From assembly GCF_963921235.1 (NCBI RefSeq), contig NC_086108.1, positions 88,414,001 through 88,478,000 on the forward strand: a DNA stretch of 64,000 bases, in the 5' to 3' direction. This DNA comes from Mobula hypostoma. Lineage: Eukaryota. Shown here piece after piece: positions 62,001-64,000 of this stretch. The stretch's first letter is position 1. Each line of letters starts with the position of its first letter. A model generated the notes under the pieces. That model ran no database searches, was not told the DNA's origin, and saw only the letters and a program-made list of their open reading frames with translations. Made by a program: the position numbers and the translations under genes.

Positions 62001-63386
62001 ATTTAATGTGGATAAATGTGAAGTTATCCACTTTGGTGGCAAAAATAGGAAAACAGATTATTATCTGAATCGTGGCCGATTAGGAAAAAGGGAGGTGCAA
62101 CGAGACCTGGGTGTCATTATACACCAGTCATTGAAAGTGGGCATGCAGGTACAGCAGGCGGTGAAAAAGGCGAACGGTATGCTGGCATTTATAGCGAGAG
62201 GATTCGAGTACAGGAGCAGGGAGGTACTACTGCAGTTGTACAAGGCCTTGGTGAGACCGCACCTGGAGTATTGTGTGCAGTTTTGGTCTCCTAATCTGAG
62301 GAAAGACATCTTTGCCATAGAGGGAGTACAAAGAAGGTTCACCAGATTGATTCCTGGGATGGCAGGTCTTTCATATGAAGAAAGACTGGATGAACTGGGC
62401 TTGTACTCGCTGGAATTTAGAAGATTGAGGGGGGATCTGATTGAAACGTATAAGATCCTAAAGGGATTGGACAGGCTAGATGCAGGAAGATTGTTCCCGA
62501 TGTTGGGGAGGTCCAGAATGAGGGGTCACAGTTTGAGGATAGAGGGGAAGCCTTTTAGGACCGAGATTAGGAAAAACTTTTTCACACAGAGAGTGGTGAA
62601 TCTGTGGAATTCTCTGCCACAGCAAACTGTTGAGGCCAGTTCATTGGCTATGTTTAAGAGGGAGTTAGATATGGCCCTTGTGGCTACAGGGGTCAGGGGG
62701 TATGGAGGGAAGGCTGGGTTCTGAGTTGGATGATCAGCCATGATCATAATAAATGGCGGTGCAGGCTCGAAGGGCCGAATGGCCTACTCCTGCACCTATT
62801 TTCTATGTTTCTATGTTTCTACTTTGTGGTCCTTAGGCTGGCAATCAATATGGTTGAAACATCAGGTTGAAACAATATGTTGTAATCAAATATACTAGAA
62901 AATAGTGTTCATTTTTGCTCAATCATTTGTTTCTCTAGTATTCTGTTCAGTTTAATCCATAGAAATTTCCCCTTGGTGCATGAGAACTACAAATCAGAAG
63001 ACTATTTTTTCAATAATTCTGGATGTTACACAGGGGTTCAGAATAAATTACAGAACAGAATATTGGAAATCAGCGAAATGATCTTTAACTGGAGACAAAT
63101 GAGGCATAAATAAATTCTGACATTTTGATTGAACATTGCTTTCCTGTGAGTAGCTGAATATCGAAACATTTGTTTTATATTTTTCAGCTGGTTAAGTTCA
63201 AACATTCCCAAGTTAAAAATACTTCTTACCTGTAATGAATTTCTGCCATTTTTGGTCAATGTTGTAACGCACACAGCCGCTCCCAGAAGGGAATATTATA
63301 CTTTGATCATCAAAATAAAAAACATTATTGACAACAGAGCTTTGAAACCCAAAAATATGATGAGCCTGGACCACTGGAGTTGTCAT
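4894..63386 (-). CDS. cfap57: cfap57/WDR65 (WD40 repeats plus C-terminal coiled coil); multi-exon gene with 17 coding exons in the window, 3' end not found in the window
   Basis: Exon translations match vertebrate CFAP57 as I recall it (e.g. [58 protein letters not shown]). All junctions are GT-AG, phases are consistent, and the total is 2904 nt in frame. Confidence 0.97.
5650..6440 (-). mobile_element. CR1 3' fragment
   Basis: [13 protein letters not shown]...LYSLE translation; CR1-like 3' UTR. Confidence 0.85.
6661..6819 (-). CDS. cfap57: cfap57 coding exon 16 ([19 protein letters not shown]...ERDETIQDK)
   Basis: CAG|TTT acceptor, AAG|GTGAG donor, 159 nt. Confidence 0.95.
7163..7336 (-). 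CDS. cfap57: cfap57 coding exon 15 ([22 protein letters not shown]...GETGIMRKK)
   Basis: TAG|TTG acceptor, AAG|GTATG donor, 174 nt. Confidence 0.95.
7470..7660 (-). CDS. cfap57: cfap57 coding exon 14 ([19 protein letters not shown]...TLITQ)
   Basis: TTTTAG|AA acceptor, CAG|GTAAA donor, 191 nt. Confidence 0.95.
7965..8197 (+). mobile_element. CR1 3' end fragment
   Basis: AGAGTGGTGAATC...AATGGCCTAATTCTGCTCC...TCTTAT, like the other CR1 tails in the window. Confidence 0.8.
9520..11867 (-). mobile_element. Penelope-like retroelement: minus-strand RT/GIY-YIG fragment plus an inverted plus-strand 3' copy, with 14-bp TSD
   Basis: MGTRMGP...[10 protein letters not shown] motifs; HFNSTSHS...[24 protein letters not shown]-terminus on both strands; TSD TGCTGCTCACTGGA at 9506-9519 and 11868-11881. 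Confidence 0.92.
11735..11776 (+). ncRNA. Minimal type I hammerhead ribozyme motif of a Penelope pseudo-LTR (stem I mutated)
   Basis: CTGACGA-A-GGGTCTTGGCCC-GAAAC-GTC-GACTG. Confidence 0.75.
12191..12284 (-). CDS. cfap57: cfap57 coding exon 13 ([31 protein letters not shown])
   Basis: CAG|GTT acceptor, G|GTAAA donor, 94 nt. Confidence 0.92.
12460..13000 (-). mobile_element. Degenerate Penelope 3' fragment
   Basis: Similar to the 9520-10130 arm, but decayed. Confidence 0.7.
13196..13351 (-). CDS. cfap57: cfap57 coding exon 12 ([52 protein letters not shown])
   Basis: CAG|AAT acceptor, CAG|GTAGG donor, 156 nt. Confidence 0.95.
13916..14835 (-). mobile_element. CR1 3' fragment (second subfamily)
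   Basis: WAEKWQMEF and [14 protein letters not shown] translations; CATAGAAA tail repeats. Confidence 0.92.
16223..16384 (-). CDS. cfap57: cfap57 coding exon 11 ([54 protein letters not shown])
   Basis: CAG|ATG acceptor, AAG|GTGAT donor, 162 nt. Confidence 0.94.
17317..17490 (-). CDS. cfap57: cfap57 coding exon 10 ([28 protein letters not shown]...HRGPITK)
   Basis: CAG|ATT acceptor, AAG|GTGTA donor, 174 nt. Confidence 0.95.
18048..18260 (-). CDS. cfap57: cfap57 coding exon 9 ([25 protein letters not shown]...EITDSQ)
   Basis: CAG|ATT acceptor, CAG|GTGTG donor, 213 nt. Confidence 0.95.
18458..20803 (-). mobile_element. Full-length decayed Tc1 transposon with ~200-bp TIRs, interrupted by a LINE fragment
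   Basis: TIRs CAGTGCCTATAAAAAGTATTCA... and ...GAATACTTTTTATATGCACTG-TA; transposase remnants MKTKEHSKQ...[24 protein letters not shown] and [13 protein letters not shown]. Confidence 0.92.
18944..19662 (+). mobile_element. Rex1/Babar-like LINE 3' fragment inside the Tc1
   Basis: [16 protein letters not shown]...[21 protein letters not shown]; (ATTCA)n tail. Confidence 0.85.
21373..22485 (+). mobile_element. Rex1-like 3' fragment interrupted by a CR1
   Basis: [21 protein letters not shown] translation; the tail resumes at 22446. Confidence 0.75.
21811..22440 (-). mobile_element. CR1 3' fragment with GACAT TSD
   Basis: [19 protein letters not shown] at 21806-21810 and 22441-22445. Confidence 0.85.
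22650..23030 (+). mobile_element. Rex1-like 3' fragment
   Basis: [24 protein letters not shown]. Confidence 0.7.
24100..25224 (-). mobile_element. CR1 reverse-transcriptase fragment
   Basis: [20 protein letters not shown] and FADD motifs; split by the 24326-24540 insert. Confidence 0.93.
24326..24540. mobile_element. Palindromic Penelope pseudo-LTR-derived mini insertion with 12-bp TSD
   Basis: Inverted arms of about 80 bp; TSD ACAATACTCCAG at 24314-24325 and 24541-24552. Confidence 0.85.
25676..29760 (-). mobile_element. Near full-length CR1 LINE: ORF1 (zinc finger, leucine zipper, SGNH esterase) plus ORF2 (APE plus RT), disrupted
   Basis: ORF1 ATG at 29681 with CSSC...[13 protein letters not shown] and [11 protein letters not shown]2 fragments closely similar to 2045-4585; several stops and frameshifts. 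Confidence 0.95.
29763..30247. mobile_element. Mariner-derived foldback MITE (TA TSD)
   Basis: TIR CGAGGGGTGATTGATAAGTTCGTGGCCTAAGGTAGAAGGAG...; arms encode the mariner C-terminus [26 protein letters not shown]. Confidence 0.9.
30535..31250 (-). mobile_element. Rex1-like 3' fragment
   Basis: [24 protein letters not shown]. Confidence 0.7.
31819..31932 (-). CDS. cfap57: cfap57 coding exon 8 ([38 protein letters not shown])
   Basis: TTTTAG|TGT acceptor, AAG|GTGAG donor, 114 nt. Confidence 0.95.
33062..33227 (-). CDS. cfap57: cfap57 coding exon 7 ([21 protein letters not shown]...RSCRE)
   Basis: TAG|T acceptor, GAG|GTCTG donor, 166 nt. Confidence 0.95.
33822..35657 (-). mobile_element. Rex1/Babar LINE fragment interrupted by an L1 fragment
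   Basis: [11 protein letters not shown]...[22 protein letters not shown]...KFSDD; (ACTATG)n tail. Confidence 0.88.
34599..35390 (-). mobile_element. L1-clade 3' fragment with A-rich tail and 18-bp TSD
   Basis: CDKC...LIHMFWSC zinc knuckle; TSD AACATCATCTCCCTTGCT at 34581-34598 and 35391-35408. Confidence 0.88.
36164..36303 (-). CDS. cfap57: cfap57 coding exon 6 ([46 protein letters not shown])
   Basis: ACAG|GGA acceptor, AA|GTATG donor, 140 nt. Confidence 0.94.
36375..36927 (+). mobile_element. Rex1/Babar 3' fragment
   Basis: [19 protein letters not shown]; similar to 55740-56229. Confidence 0.8.
36930..37745 (+). mobile_element. Degenerate CR1 3' fragment
   Basis: CEVIHFG and [14 protein letters not shown]. 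Confidence 0.85.
37858..38010 (-). CDS. cfap57: cfap57 coding exon 5 ([51 protein letters not shown])
   Basis: TTTCAG|ATT acceptor, AAG|GTAAG donor, 153 nt. Confidence 0.94.
38250..41720 (+). mobile_element. Hero-type (R2 group, RLE) non-LTR retrotransposon; single ORF 38274-41570 broken by one in-frame TAG at 40164-40166
   Basis: N-terminal [16 protein letters not shown] zinc finger; RT motifs [10 protein letters not shown] and AFMDDL; CPLC...LEHILSGC zinc knuckle; PDIVL...LELTVPWE...KLSKY RLE nuclease; the two listed ORFs share one frame. Hero clade assignment is from recalled similarity. Confidence 0.88.
41578..41695 (+). ncRNA. Candidate permuted, pseudoknotted hammerhead-like RNA in the Hero 3' UTR (core mutated in this copy)
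   Basis: GTA followed by helix TGATGTT/AACATCA, then CTGAAGA; GAAG-CACCC pairs with GGTTG-T; closing helix TCTGGACACA/TGTGTCCAGA. Confidence 0.55.
41832..42892 (-). mobile_element. RTE-group LINE 3' fragment with (TAG)n tail and 11-bp TSD
   Basis: [19 protein letters not shown]...[22 protein letters not shown] at 41821-41831 and 42893-42903. Confidence 0.9.
43249..43357 (+). mobile_element. Penelope pseudo-LTR fragment with hammerhead core
   Basis: CTGACGAAGGGTCTCAGCCCGAAACGTCGACTG starting at 43260. Confidence 0.8.
44515..46400 (-). mobile_element. Degenerate Penelope-like element interrupted by an RTE-derived insert
   Basis: [10 protein letters not shown]...[11 protein letters not shown] translation; pseudo-LTR at ~44515-44660. 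Confidence 0.8.
45525..46107 (-). mobile_element. Non-autonomous SINE-like element, probably RTE-derived, with (TTAGAC)n tail
   Basis: Imperfect TSD TCCAGAAAGA/TCCAAAAAGA at 45515-45524 and 46108-46117; short-repeat tail; no credible ORF. Confidence 0.6.
46560..48800 (+). mobile_element. Degenerate CR1 RT/3' fragment with a nested CR1
   Basis: [15 protein letters not shown] and [11 protein letters not shown]. Confidence 0.88.
47470..48200 (+). mobile_element. CR1 3' fragment nested in a CR1, with 9-bp TSD
   Basis: TSD TATAAAAGG at 47461-47469 and 48201-48209; same subfamily as 13916-14835. Confidence 0.88.
49741..49891 (-). CDS. cfap57: cfap57 coding exon 4 ([23 protein letters not shown]...TRVFK)
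   Basis: TACAG|C acceptor, AAA|GTAAGT donor, 151 nt, phase-compatible with exon 3. Confidence 0.9.
50293..50800 (-). mobile_element. Degenerate CR1 3' fragment
   Basis: Similar to 5650-6440 and 21811-22440. Confidence 0.75.
50899..51140 (-). CDS. cfap57: cfap57 coding exon 3 ([17 protein letters not shown]...WECKITLED)
   Basis: TAG|GTC acceptor, AG|GTACA donor, 242 nt, ends in phase 2. Confidence 0.9.
51720..56229 (+). mobile_element. Rex1/Babar LINE split by a full-length RTE, with a Hero fragment in its tail
   Basis: FDFSSAFNT...[11 protein letters not shown]...APQGTV; resumes at 55355; the tail resumes near 57745. Confidence 0.85.
52052..55354 (-). mobile_element. Full-length (~3.3 kb) decayed RTE-clade LINE with (TGA)n tail and 9-bp TSD
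   Basis: APE motifs [16 protein letters not shown] and SDHNP; RT motifs [14 protein letters not shown] and RYADD; TSD TTACTCTGT at 52043-52051 and 55355-55363. Confidence 0.93.
56230..57745 (+). mobile_element. Second, divergent Hero-type RLE retrotransposon, 5'-truncated
   Basis: [38 protein letters not shown]...ELTVPWE; homologous to the C-terminal half of 38274-41570. Confidence 0.88.
58850..59291. mobile_element. MITE with CAGACATCCCACC TIRs, flanked by GCATGC on both sides, with an internal (GA)n
   Basis: TIR pair CAGACATCCCACC/GGTGGGATGTCTG; GCATGC at 58844-58849 and 59292-59297; internal copy of the left end at ~59199. Confidence 0.75.
60253..60566 (-). CDS. cfap57: cfap57 coding exon 2 ([24 protein letters not shown]...NPIYQ)
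   Basis: ACAG|GT acceptor, CAG|GTAAT donor, 314 nt. Confidence 0.95.
60836..60946. repeat. Short decayed palindromic repeat resembling Penelope pseudo-LTR sequence
   Basis: GCTGGAAACACTCAGCAGATCAGGCAACATCTG is inverted relative to CAGATGCTACCTGACCTGCTAAGTGGTTCCAGC. Confidence 0.6.
61771..62821 (+). mobile_element. Young 5'-truncated CR1, near-identical to ~3535-4585, with intact ORF2 C-terminus
   Basis: 310-aa ORF ending RGYGGKAGF*; same 3' UTR and (TTCTATGT)n tail. Confidence 0.97.
63230..63386 (-). CDS. cfap57: cfap57 coding exon 1 ([52 protein letters not shown])
   Basis: ATG at 63386 with an in-frame TAG three codons upstream; donor G|GTAAG; 157 nt; not in the ORF track. Confidence 0.93.
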
Positions 63387-64000
63387 TGTGGACTACTGTC
63401 AATATTATTTTCTTTATCTATACTTTTTAGTATCAATCATTCAAATAAACTGTATATTCATATCCCTAGCACACTTTGTCTTTCTCCTCTCTGTTGTATA
63501 TTCATTCTACCTCTATTCTTTACACACTGTGTATTTATCACTTATACTTTCTCAATAAACCGTCACTTTATGTTCCCCTTTCTTCGATTTTCTAAATATC
63601 ATTCAATATTGTGTTGTACACCTTTCTCATATAACCTCTGATATATTTCCTATCTGTCATAGATTTTATAATATTATCTCCTCTTCTTTCAAGCAAGCCT
63701 GTCTCATTTTAATGACCTTTATGTCTAAAATTTATTGAGCTTTATCCACTGGAGTTTTCCCCCTTGTCCTCTAACTCACTCTCTATCTAATGCACAGCGA
63801 ACCACTGCATTCTCTCTACCACACTCCCTCTGCAGGTCTCCAGTAATCTGTTCTTTTGCACTCGCCCTGTCACTTTCCTTCTTTCTTTATCTGCAGTAAT
63901 CACTTTTTCTCTAAATATCCACGCACCACACCTTTTAATACCCCTTTATCATTATTATTCTTTCTTAATCCCTTTACTTTCTCTATTACTCGCGCTATCA

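Overview
Eukaryotic, AT-rich, repeat-dense vertebrate DNA. The CR1/Penelope/Rex1 repeat mix suggests a cartilaginous fish, probably a ray; this is inference. The window lies within one minus-strand host gene, cfap57 (WDR65, cilia- and flagella-associated protein 57). I reconstructed 17 consecutive coding exons from the ATG at 63386 down to 4894. All have GT-AG boundaries and splice in one open frame (2904 nt, 968 codons). I did not find the C-terminal exons, which probably lie left of the window. The introns hold nested transposons: CR1 LINEs (one near full length, two young near-identical copies), Penelope-like elements with hammerhead motifs, Rex1/Babar, RTE and L1 fragments, a Tc1, mariner/Tc1 MITEs, a deleted Ty3/Gypsy element and two Hero-type restriction-like-endonuclease (RLE) retrotransposons. 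The most unusual signal is in the 3' UTRs of the two divergent Hero-type elements. They share an RNA architecture with hammerhead ribozyme core motifs (NUH, CUGANGA, and GAAA-like in one copy) in a permuted, pseudoknotted order. Both copies here are damaged, so activity is untested.
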